A stretch of DNA of 63,759 nt, the filler included, from Nemertoderma westbladi (taxonomy: Eukaryota; Animalia; Xenacoelomorpha), in NCBI GenBank assembly GCA_032718475.1. It is 3 parts of 3 records of this genome, joined end to end, with 100 filler letters (N's around TTAATTAATTAA, not from the genome) between each part and the next. Parts side by side here need not be neighbours in the genome. Positions count along the whole stretch, not along the records: positions 1 to 27,486 come from JAUCBJ010003322.1; 2 more parts are not named here. The stretch is one strand, 5' to 3'. Position numbers and translations under genes: made by a program. This document shows, in pieces, positions 1 through 11,380 of the stretch. Positions within the stretch are counted from its first letter, which is position 1, and each line of letters opens with the position of its first letter. The notes under the pieces were generated by a model, which saw nothing but the letters and a program-made list of their open reading frames with translations, was not told where the DNA came from and made no database searches.

Positions 1-1564
1 GTCTCTAAATTTACACATTATATTTTGATAATATCTTTACCAATTATAGGTTAAATCTAGATTACATTTCAAAGACGTAAAATAAAGTCTACGGAGGTGG
101 TTAAACATTGCTAAATATACATTTTTAAGGGCTTGCTTTATGGAAATAACTGAGAAATTGAAAAATCCGGCCAGGCCACCAGTAAGAAAAGGTGTCGATC
201 TATCATCATACCGAATTTCGTAGCATTTTATTGAAATTTGAAAAAAAATAGGGGGGGGGGGGGGGGGGGGGTCTCCGACCCCCTAAAAATTGTTGTTGTA
301 TTAAGGGTTATGGTGTACTCTTGTGTGATCCGAAACAGTTTTTACGCCAATATAACTATTGGCTTCTTTTGCAGTATAATCAATATAGCTTTACAGGCAA
401 TATTACAGTCATGAGTTTATCATTAGAATTTGCATTGAATTGGTATAGACATAAGAAATTTCACAGCAAATCTAGTAGGCCTAAACTACTCGATATGGTT
501 CTGTGGTGTTCCTCCACAATAGCAAAGCAAGTTCAGCTTTGGACCCACATGCTCATAGGAAGAGAAAATAGGAGGAGACAGTTTACAGTTCAAGGTGAAC
601 CATGTGGGGTTGGTACAAGGATGACCATTGTTGGCTGAAATTCAGGTCAGCTCAGGTACATTAATCCAGAGAAATTGCCACCTCCATGCAGCATTTAAGG
701 AGGTGCCAACTGCGGTTACATAAACCCTCTTACTATGGGCATGCATAGCCAATGGTGGATCATGTGCTTAAGAGTAGGTATAGGTGATTGGCTCCATATC
801 TGACTCAACTGCCACACCCTCCCTGTGTAACCTGTTCTTCTTTCCCCGTGGTGCTGTATTTTCTATTTGGATCATGTAACCAGTTTTATTGAGTATCGTT
901 TATTGATTTGGTTAGAAAACACCGCCACTATTACCTGTACGCTTGGTGTGGTGTGTATGCATACACAACTAGAAGTATAATTAGTAGGCCTACTCAGTTA
1001 GTTGGTGGTAGGCATTTCTAGTACCGGTAGTACTCTACAGTAGAGTTCAGTATATTTGGTATTTAAGTGTAGATGACAAGACGATATGTAATTGCAGCAG
1101 ATGACATTAAGTGTAGATCATGTTCCTAGCTACTTATTTAAATATCACATTCTAGAACATGTTGTCAATATTTAAAATAAATTATCAAAATCATGATCAT
1201 TATATTAGATATATATATAGCACTGTATTCAGATAATAGCGAGAGTATGACTAGAAGAGGCGGCGTTATGGGGGGGGGGGGGGGGGGGGGGGGGTTTGGT
1301 GGAGAAAATTGCGAGAAATTTGACTCTTTTCGATTTGTAAAGTGCCTAAGGGTAGTGGTAATGCATCGGCACCACACTTAATGACTTATCCGGAATTTAA
1401 TTCTACTAATGTAGTTTAATTACATCCGCCCAACTAAAGGTAAACAAGTACATAAAAAATGTATTATGATATTATAAACTTTAGACATAAACCATCTGCT
1501 TTATTGGTATAATAGTACTGACGCTGTGAGACGCTTAAGACGCTGTCACCAAGTATAATTTATT

Positions 1565-1735
1565 ATTGGTGTTTTGGGTGAATGTGTGTGCGTGTGGTTT
1601 CATAATATTAACTTGATATAACCAGCCTTGAAGTCACCAGTTCGATCCCACCTGGACGTCATAGCTGACTTTGCAAAGCTGTTTCCTATGAAAGTTATAA
1701 TAATATGAAACCACTCATTCACCCAAAACACCAAT
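1565..1735. mobile_element. Small foldback/MITE with ~45-50 bp imperfect terminal inverted repeats around a SINE-derived core
   Basis: ATTGGTGTTTTGGGTGAATG..GTGGTTTCATA at 1565 is mirrored by TATGAAACCAC..CATTCACCCAAAACACCAAT ending at 1735. The core (TCACCAGTTCGATCCCACCTGGACGTC..TTTGCAAAGCTGT) matches the SINE at 36151. Confidence 0.65.
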
Positions 1736-1769
1736 TATATAATTATATAATTGCAATAGATACCGCGAT

Positions 1770-1880
1770 TTCACAATCTATTTTCATGCCAAAGTTACAT
1801 GAAATTCGTCAAAGCCGTTTTTGCTCTTAGTCAGTATTCAGTTTTCAGTGGTAAATAACAACTCGCTGTTAATACTACTA
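1770..1880 (+). mobile_element. Fragment of a non-autonomous Helitron/Helentron-like family, related to 48530-48878
   Basis: TTCATGCCAAAGTTACATGAAATTCG..GCCGTTTTTGCTCT(T)AGTCAGTA resembles 48694-48750. Confidence 0.4.
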
Positions 1881-2329
1881 AATAATCGCCAGGTTGTCGA
1901 CAGAACTTTCTAACTAAATTCCACAGTTTTTCTCTTACAGTTTATCTGGACCCCCTAGCGGGAAGCCTTACCCTTACCCTGTCTTTACAGCACCCTCTGG
2001 CTAACACACCCCTAGCGGGAGTGTTAGCCATTCCACTTTTGAATCTAAAGGTGACTAACTGTCCACTCACCTGGTTTCTTGGCTACCCAATCAGGACGCT
2101 TCCTGAGAAGGTATTTAAGCTGCAAAGGTACAGTCCATGTGTAAATCTGATGGGTGTAAGTATTAGCATGGAGTTGTATGTATATAATTGTGAAACATGA
2201 TGCAATAATCGTCATTCTTGATTTTCTTTGAAAATAGTTTTGACATTATTCGTTATTGTGCTCTTGGTAGAATTGTTTCCTATTACAGCGTGAGATACAC
2301 AATTTATTCGTTTAGAATCACCGCAGGAA

Positions 2330-5300
2330 CCAGTTGTTTGAAAATTTATAAAGTTTTTTTTCCAACTGGGGAACTTCCCAGAAACAGCCAGTTGAATATT
2401 GTCTCTGCTGGCTTCAGCAACGCGCCCCTCATTTGGTAAAAACAACTCGGGACATCTTTTGATAGCATGTTGCACAAGCATTGGGGCGCCATATCAATGA
2501 TGCCATGTTTAGTACAAATTTCATAGATAGCAACATATCAGTGTAATCTTTTGGACTTTCGCATTGCAAATTTATTTTGGCACAATTGATATGCCATGGC
2601 GGCATTTTGACAGCAGAAGCAGAGTCTCCAACAACGACTAGTCTCAATCCTCCCGATCGAGGATGGGGTGAACCTTCTGGGATGACGACAGGCGATCTCT
2701 CCCGGTCGACGACTTGGGAACCCTCTGGGATGACGACAGGTAATCCCTCCCGATCAAAGACGGGCGAACCTTCCAGGGTGACGATAGGCATTCCCTCCCG
2801 ATTGATGATGGGCAAACCTCCCGGGATGTCGACGGGCGATCCCTCCAGACTGACGACGGGTGAATCCTCCAGGGCGACGATGGGCGATCCCTCCTGATCA
2901 AAGTCAGGCCAACCTTCTGGAGTGAAGACGGGCGAACCCTCTGGGATGATGGCGGACGATCCCTCCCGATTGACGATGGGCGAACCTTCCAGGGTGATGA
3001 TGGGCAAATCTTCCGGGATGACGATGGGTGATCCCTCCCGAACGACGACGCACGAACCTTCTGGGATGATGACAGGCGATCCCTCCCAATTGACGACGGG
3101 CGACCCTTCCAAGGTGATGGCGGTGATCCCCCCCGACTGACGACGGGCGAACCTTCTGGGATGACGATGGGTGAACCCTCCCGAACAATGATGGGCGAAC
3201 CCTCTCGTATGATCACAGGCGATCCCTCCCGATCGACGATGGATGAACCTTCCAGGGTGACGACGGGTGATCCCTCCCGATTGACGATGGGCGAACCTTC
3301 CGGGATGACGACGGGCGATCCCTCCCGAACAACGATGGGTGAACCTTCTGTGATGATGACGGGCAATCCCTTCCGATCAAAGATGGTCGATTCTTCCGAG
3401 ACAGCGGAAAACCAGGCTGATTACAAGCGAGTTAAGCGAGTAAGATTTCAAGCTTCCCCGACGAACCTGGGTTGGGTAGGCCCGGGTATCCATACAGCCG
3501 ATGACCCAACCCGGGGGAATCTACCAGAATTTCATTGTACAGCAACCATGCCCGGTCCAGAGGTAGTAGCATTCCCGAACCTAAATCCTTTAATGCTAGC
3601 CTCGACCCCGGCCCAGACATGTCCGGGTACTAGTAGACCCAGTGACCTGGACCAGGGGGGGCGTGGAGACGGATGGTAACTCCACCTGTAATGTGCTTAC
3701 CGAGACAATGACGGCACCTACTACAGCGGACATTGGGAAACAAGATAACTGTATGGGTATGAGGTTGGTTGTAAACCCAGTGCCAATATATACCAGTGCC
3801 GTACCTAATACTGCCGTTTGCAGTCCTAGCAATGTACTGTACAAATCCATTGGGACACTAGACCTACTGACAACTATTTCACCCCACACTGTCTCATCAG
3901 ACTTTCCGGGCAATGACAGCATTAACACCAGCCAAACCATCACTGAGGACAACCATATAGCACACCCTCCCGCATTCCAGACTAAGACACACACAGGCAG
4001 GCCTCACACAAGGAGCAAAGGCCCCGCCCCCCAACTACCGCAAGCGAGGTCCCTAAAGGCAGCAATCACTAAAAGGAAGTCCATGCTGCATCCAAACAAA
4101 GTTCCTAAATCAAACAAACATAAACCACTAGCAGCATCCCAGTCTGCACATACACCTGTGTCTCAACCATTGCCCATGCCAGCTAAGCATTTACAACAAA
4201 CGATGCCTGAACATAAATCTACATCCCCGCCTCATCCCACACTTCCAGCACAACCAACACCCATACAAGCAACCCAGACAAAACTAACACCTAAGTCAAA
4301 TACTGCTACTATCATAGAGGATCTTATGGGCGACGGATCATGGTGTACTAGGAATGCCAGCACCATAATTACTTCCGCACCAGCAACCCCTTCTGGCACA
4401 GCCACAAACCCTGTTGCAACTACTTACATCTCACCAACACAATGTAACTTAATTCCCAGATACGGACCAGATAAAAATGATAATCAACCAAACCCACCTA
4501 GCTCAATTTCTGATACCCCTAGATTAATTGCTGCATCTGAGACCACATCAGAGCTCAAGAAGGTTACAGACAGCAGACCAATGTTAACAACAACAAAGAG
4601 GGGAAACCGAACACCACCACAGCAATGCCCCAGAAAGAATCACACTAAGAAGAGCAATAATAATACCAAATATAAACCTAAACTTTTGGAGAATAGATTT
4701 GTCTCGGCATCTCCAGACATCCAGACAGAAGACATGCAACCCCACGTGGTTAAGGCGGCCCTCAATGGGCTAATTGAAGAAATTGATTTCCCAGTAGATG
4801 CCCCATTGAAAAACCAAACAAGCATCTTAGACAATAACTCCCCTGATCTAGCAACAGGAGACACCAAGTTACGCACCAATTTAGTGGCTGAATGTATAGA
4901 TGTCTACCCGTGCAGCCCAACCAAGAAGAATACAAATAGGACGGAGGAGGTAAAAAAAGTACCTGTCATCACTGGATATTGATGAACGACGTCCTGGATT
5001 AATTATACCAAGCCCCAAAGACTTGCAGACTCTGTTGCCCACTACATGGGTAACAGATACCATAGTTGACGGATTCCTGGGAATACTGGTGCGACATTAT
5101 AACCATACCGTTGCACTGCCTATCCACCTCACTCTAAGGCTTCAAACACAGAATTATGACATTATTAGTGCGGTTAAATATATAGCTAAGCTATACCTGG
5201 GTACTTCGGACTTGAAAAAACCTGATCTGCTTTTCTTTCCTGAGTGTACAAAATATGGGCCTGGAGAAGAGAATAACCACTTTGTACTCCACGTAGCTAG

Positions 5301-6265
5301 TACAACAGATAATACGGTGAGATGTCTAGACCCTCTTAGTAGAAACATTCCAAACAAAACTACTTTTGAGATTGTAAAAGTACTGTCAAAAATAGACAAC
5401 CTAAAACCCAAAAAGTACCAAACTGGTGTCATAACACCATGGATGACAACAGTAGTCCCCTCAAACCTCCCAAAACAACCCAATTCTTTTGACTGTGGAA
5501 TTTTCGTATGTTTCTATGCTCTCAGCCTGGCCCAGTCATCAGATACGGCATTAGATCTTCTGAGAGACAGTATAAAGAGCAGACAGTGGATACACAACTG
5601 CCTTGATTCCTGTAAGCTTGTAGATCTGGGCCACCACACTTCAAACCATGGAAATTACTCACATGATACTGGTTCCAAACAAAACAAACAACCTCTAAGC
5701 TATGGCATATCTGGCAGGCCTGATTTAGTAGAAGCTGTCAACTCTGAAAATCTGTGTCACCCTATCGTCCCCGCACCCCTCTCTGGAAATAATGAATGGG
5801 CTGCTGAAATAATACCCCTGACCAGAAAGAATGCATTGTCCATAATTGGTGCACAGGTTAAGACAGGAGGTGAAGAGATGAGGCACAATCTTCTAGATGA
5901 TGTCAAGCTTTTTATGTCCCCTGTACAGGCTGCCTCAATGAAATTAAAAAATCGAGTATCCACACACGAATTATACAATGATATTTATGAGTTGCTACGT
6001 TGTATATATGAAAAGAAATTCACTGAGGCATGTAGGAAACGGCTGACAATTGCCGACCCCTCAATCAACGATATCACCATGGATACCCTCCGGAAAGATC
6101 TAATCTCGATGACGGTTACATTCCAAAATAGATTCAGCAAACTTGAAACAGATCATAAGCGCTTGCTAGAAGAAACCAAAAGGCTCAACGACGAGGTTGT
6201 CCATGAGAGGAATACCAGAATCTTATTAGAATTATGGGAATTAATTAAAAACTATAATGGAATGG
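2330..6265 (+). pseudogene. Disrupted large gene: 8-aa repeat array, Pro/Thr-rich linker, Ulp1/SENP (peptidase C48) domain, coiled-coil region; probably transposon-borne
   Basis: ORFs 2577-2897, 2922-3140, 3161-3679, 3642-4982 and 5023-6324 join via a CGA>TGA stop (2895), a 1-nt deletion (~3121), and +1 slips in a G7 run (~3655) and an A7 run (~4953). Ulp1 motifs are present: DLQTLLPTTWVTDTIVD, NNHFVL (His), CLDPL (Asp), QPNSFDCGIFVC (Gln, Cys). Possible decayed downstream exons at 6423-6812 and from 6984. Confidence 0.75.
2667..3390 (+). repeat. Coding minisatellite, 24-bp unit (GEPSRVTT / GDPSRLTM / GEPSGMTT variants), ~30 units
   Basis: Alternating GGCGAACCTTCC.. and GGCGATCCCTCCCGA.. units in the DNA; 8-aa period in the ORF track. 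Confidence 0.9.
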
Positions 6266-7061
6266 GGTATGGGGATTATAGCTGTATAACTTCTAAGTAT
6301 AATTATTTATATCTTATACTATAAAATAAATAATTTCCATTAAAAGTCATGTTGAAAATGTTGTTTTTACCCAAACCAACTTAATTAATTTTAATTTATT
6401 TAATTAACTGCTATTATCTTAGCTTCTCGAAGGCCACACGCAAATTCAACTGTGAAAATTTATAAACTTTTGCCAGACATTTTGTCAATCAATAGTCCCA
6501 GGTATCTCACATGGATCTCACGTGGATTATTGCTTTATAAAGAGTAGACTGTCTACTTTACGTTTAAGGACAACCAATTTGCAATAATAAACCATTCCGA
6601 TCAACTTTCAAGTTCGACGTTCCTATACAATTTTGAATAGTAATGGAATGGGACCAATGTGTCAGCTAGCAGTACGAAAGATATACACACTCAGACGGTC
6701 AGGGATCTACAGGATTAACGGGATGCTGAAACTGAATCTTGATCAAACTTAACTAATCCAAACCAACATTTTTAAATTATCGCTAAGAACATTCTACTCC
6801 ACACACTCTATGGTGAGTCGAGATTAAGTTTCACAAGGGGGTCTACCATGGCATGCCTATAACTAACCTACAGTATAACTAACAATTTAAAAAGAAAGTC
6901 ATGGACTAGGCCCTACATTTTTTAAATAATAAATAGGTTTTTGTATTAAATTTATGTTATATTCATATTATTTTTTCTTTCAGTTGATCTTGAAATTATG
7001 TCCAGCATGAATATCAACACCTATGATACGCAAACACTTTACTCTGGAAGACGATAGATTC

Positions 7062-7370
7062 CTAACCCTCAATAACTTTCAGAAATTGGTTCCTGAGTTC
7101 ATTACTTTCGAACCAAAACTTATCCTTCCTTTTGCCCTTTTTCATTAACTGAATTCCATGTACTACACGAGTTGTGGTTATTGGTTCTGCCGTGAACTCG
7201 TCTAGGGCGTAGATTTTTTCTTTGTTTTTCTGTATTAAGGAACAATTTCGTGTTATGCTCAATATGTTTCTGTTCTGTCCGGTGGATTTTATTTCTCCCC
7301 AATATAGTTTCGATTTTTTTTCGCCTTTATCTTTGTAGATAATTCCTTCCTTTACAAATGTCAATAGTCG
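7062..7370 (-). CDS. Terminal exon encoding a PH-domain-like module (~100 aa)
   Basis: Acceptor TTTTTTTTGGTTATAG| at 7371, then an open frame RLLTFVKEGIIYK...KFWFESNELRNQFLKVIEG*. The N-terminal R..F+KEG.+.K strand and C-terminal F...S..LR..FL..I helix are PH-like. Confidence 0.5.
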   Translation of the reverse strand, partial: RLLTFVKEGIIYKDKGEKKSKLYWGEIKSTGQNRNILSITRNCSLIQKNKEKIYALDEFTAEPITTTRVVHGIQLMKKGKRKDKFWFESNELRNQFLKVIEG

Positions 7371-7395
7371 CTATAACCAAAAAAAAAGTTATATA

Positions 7396-7402
<7 letters not shown>

Positions 7403-7431
<29 letters not shown>

Positions 7432-8637
7432 TGTATGTATGTATGTATGTATGTATGTATGTATGTATGTATGTATGTATGTATGTATGTATGTATGTAT
7501 GTATGTATGTATGTATGTATGTATGTATGTATGTATGTATGTATGTATGTATGTATGTATGTATGTATGTATGTATGTATGTATGTATGTATGTATGTAT
7601 GTATGTATGTATGTATGTATGTATGTATGTATGTATGTATGTATGTATGTATGTATGTATGTATGTATGTATGTATGTATGTATGTATGTATGTATGTAT
7701 GTATGTATGTATGTATGTATGTATGTATGTATGTATGTATGTATGTATGTATGTATGTATGTATGTATGTATGTATGTATGTATGTATGTATGTATGTAT
7801 GTATGTATGTATGTATGTATGTATGTATGTATGTATGTATGTATGTATGTATGTATGTATGTATGTATGTATGTATGTATGTATGTATGTATGTATGTAT
7901 GTATGTATGTATGTATGTATGTATGTATGTATGTATGTATGTATGTATGTATGTATGTATGTATGTATGTATGTATGTATGTATGTATGTATGTATGTAT
8001 GTATGTATGTATGTATGTATGTATGTATGTATGTATGTATGTATGTATGTATGTATGTATGTATGTATGTATGTATGTATGTATGTATGTATGTATGTAT
8101 GTATGTATGTATGTATGTATGTATGTATGTATGTATGTATGTATGTATGTATGTATGTATGTATGTATGTATGTATGTATGTATGTATGTATGTATGTAT
8201 GTATGTATGTATGTATGTATGTATGTATGTATGTATGTATGTATGTATGTATGTATGTATGTATGTATGTATGTATGTATGTATGTATGTATGTATGTAT
8301 GTATGTATGTATGTATGTATGTATGTATGTATGTATGTATGTATGTATGTATGTATGTATGTATGTATGTATGTATGTATGTATGTATGTATGTATGTAT
8401 GTATGTATGTATGTATGTATGTATGTATGTATGTATGTATGTATGTATGTATGTATGTATGTATGTATGTATGTATGTATGTATGTATGTATGTATGTAT
8501 GTATGTATGTATGTATGTATGTATGTATGTATGTATGTATGTATGTATGTATGTATGTATGTATGTATGTATGTATGTATGTATGTATGTATGTATGTAT
8601 GTATGTATGTATGTATGTATGTATGTATGTATGTATG

Positions 8638-8671
<34 letters not shown>

Positions 8672-8802
8672 TGTATGTATGTATGTATGTATGTATGGTA
8701 TGGTATGTATGTATGTATGTATGTATGTATGTATGTATGTATGTATGTATGGTATGGTATGTATGTATGTATGTATGTATGGTATGGTATGTATGTATGT
8801 AT
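7403..8802. repeat. (GTAT)n tetranucleotide microsatellite, ~1.4 kb, almost pure
   Basis: Directly visible; the only variants are ATAT at ~8641 and GGTAT units near the right end. Confidence 0.99.
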
Positions 8803-8809
8803 GCATGAA

Positions 8810-8852
8810 TATTATTGCAGCTGCAATGCAGCATGCCGATCCTAGTAGTAGT
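8810..8852 (+). mobile_element. 3' tip of RTE-clade LINE family B with (TAG)n tail
   Basis: TGCAGCTGCAATGCAGCATGCCGATCCTAGTAGTAG matches the family-B 3' end at 61024-61056 and the reverse complement at 50958-50995. Confidence 0.65.
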
Positions 8853-8869
8853 CTTTTAGTGTGGTTTAA

Positions 8870-10130
8870 TTTGGGATTTTAAATATCGAGCATAGTTTAA
8901 TAGTGATCTTGTATCAAATGAGAAACATATATTTAATGGTAAGTGGTCAGACACTGGTGGGTGGTTATCAGGAAAAATTAGACGAATGTTGCCTAAGTTA
9001 ATCATATTGTTTACGAACCAACAGTCTAACTGACTCTGCCGACTCCCATACAGAAAGGTGAAGCCCCCAGCATTGGAATGATCTTATCACTTTAAATGAC
9101 TAATGGAAAAATTCCTGTCTCCCTGGCAATGTCGATTATTTTCAGATTATTTTGGTTTCTCCGACAACCTGGGTTACATGTGTAAGACATATTCGGGTAA
9201 ACTTCGTTGATATCCCCTATTCTACAGTTAAGATCCCCAGCAAGTCTTGACTGAATACCAGCATCATTATTGCGTAGCAATATCATGTGTAAAGATGCGA
9301 AGTATTAATCTGTGAAATACGGTGAATTGTATGGTGGTATATACCCAATATACGTGAAAATAAGACTGGTGCCACCAATAAACTGAGTTTCATTACAGTC
9401 TGTATAAAAATACTCAACTGATCGAATAAAATCCTTAAGAGACTGTAAATAGGACAGATGAAAGCCACCTCTGGGAAATTGCTAAGTGCAATCTTTATCA
9501 GGGTAATCAACAGATATATATTTGCGTTTGTCTAATTTTAGACCCCATAGTTGATCTAGAGTATGAGTTTCTGATAGATATATAATACTGTAATGACTAC
9601 AGAATTTATTAAAAGTTAGATTATTCACAATAGAAAAACCTTTAATATTCCATGATAAAATATTCCAGTGTTTGATATTAACATTATGAGATAACAAGTT
9701 ACCTGCTAACCCAGTATTTAGAAAAAAAGAACTTGGTGTTTGGATTTTGTCAACCTCCACGTCATTGACAAACAATTTGTTGTAAGGGATTTCTGCCCTT
9801 TCACCACTCTTAATTATATCATCTCGTTTTTCATAAAGACGTTTATATTCATTTTGTTCCGCTTTAGTACGATCCGCTTTTATATGAATGGTTTTCAGTT
9901 CTTCGAAGTCCTTTAGTCTGTTGGCGCATGCATCTCCTCACATGGTTTCGGTCTGTCCAGGAACCAAAAGTAATTCATATGTATTGTGGTCTTGGATTGG
10001 GACCGCTGTCAATGCTTCCAATATGGCGGCATCAATCAATGACTATACTCAAGCAACTTATCTTCCTGAGACTATTCTGAACTGTGTCTTTGTCGTTTGC
10101 AGGTTCGGATTCTTTAACCCCCGAAAAAAA
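8870..10130 (-). mobile_element. Decayed CR1/L2-group LINE fragment: ORF1 C-terminus plus AP-endonuclease start
   Basis: Minus-strand translation gives ORF1-like KADRTKAEQNEYKRLYEKR..KLFVNDVEV, then the EN motifs ILSWNIKG, IIYLSETH and AGDLNCRIG, with stops and frameshifts. Confidence 0.75.
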
Positions 10131-10789
10131 TCAGACATTTTAAGCGAGCATTGCGATTTCAATGCTCCCACGATGATTGATTCACTTACCTTCATTAAGT
10201 CATATAATATTTTCATACTAACAATTTCCATACTATATACTTACTTATTTGTTTACCAGTAACTGTGAAAATAAGATAGTTAAGGAAAATAAACTCAATT
10301 AATTCCTTTACAATAATCCTGAAAATCAACAAATGATTATATCACAATCTTATAAAGTTATTTTATAGTCCTGTAAAGTCATAATGTGCCTAGAGTTATA
10401 TAAATGTTTAAAATATGTACATAATTCATCTTCCGTTGATATAATCGTTTAGGTTATATCGCTATAAAGGATTTCTTCTTATTATGTAAGTAATTACTGC
10501 TCGCTATGTAAGAGAATCATAAGAAAGTATATCTCTCGCATTCACTAAATAGGAATACTCATTTATGGGGTCTTTAATAACGTTTCTGTTTCTTGAAAGT
10601 CTGTTTCTTCCAAGTCTTCATCGTGTGTTTGTCGCTGTTTAATATATATGTGCTTGACATGTTTAGTAGTAGCAATCGACCAATTTCATTTATTTCTGTT
10701 GTTCGCGCTGATGTGATTTCGTTTTGAATTCTCTCTGTGCTTACTTACTCAGATAGTGACTAGTGAAGTTTGTTCCATTCCTCCATATG

Positions 10790-11380
10790 TATCATTATTG
10801 TACATCCGTACAGAAATAGAATCCGAGATGAATCCCTGTATTTGATTCCTTCGGTATGTAATCTTTCCTCCGGCTGCGAATGACTCAAAAGTCGTCAACC
10901 ATTCATCCGAATTCCTCTTGTGACATTCTGACTCTTATGTCCTCTGAATCCACATAGTGCACAATGCGTATTTATCCAGTTACATGCCACTAATAAATGT
11001 TCGAATCTATCACAATATATGCACTGCGTAACTCCTGTTTCTTTAGCAATGCAAGCTAACTTAATATGATGCCAACTTCCACAAAATCGACAACCTGGGT
11101 TTCAATATAGCTGTTCCATACGATGTTCCTCTATTGGATCTCGATACGATGATCCACTTCTTTGCTTTCATGATTCTTTGAGACGTCCGTTGCTCAAGTC
11201 CGATCTCTCTGGCTGCCATTAGAGCCTCTTCTAATTGTTGCTTGTTTATAATTACTTGTTCCCTCAACTTCCTTTGATTTTCTTTATCCTTTCGTATTAA
11301 CTCCATTACAGTTTGTCATTTTCTCAATTTTCTCAATCAATCTCAATTTTGTCATTCTTTTCAATTTCTCCATTACAGTA
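10790..11380 (-). pseudogene. Decayed ORF: coiled coil followed by three CCHC zinc knuckles; homologue of the BEL accessory ORF at 28587-30603
   Basis: Reverse complement of ~10850-11100 reads PGCRFCGSWHHIKLACIAKETGVTQCIYCDRFEHLLVACNWINTHCALCGFRGHKSQ, then after a frameshift CHKRNSDEWLTTFESFAAGGKITYRR. The coiled-coil segment is ORF 11061-11306. Confidence 0.7.

Noticed and set aside
2429-3366. Minus-strand ORFs with EGSPVVIP repeats
   Set aside because: Antisense reading of the 24-bp array; the plus frame is the one that continues into the Ulp1 gene, though strand is not proven.
7358-8882. Five ~480-aa ORFs (MYVC / HTYI repeats)
   Set aside because: Translations of the stop-free (GTAT)n microsatellite.
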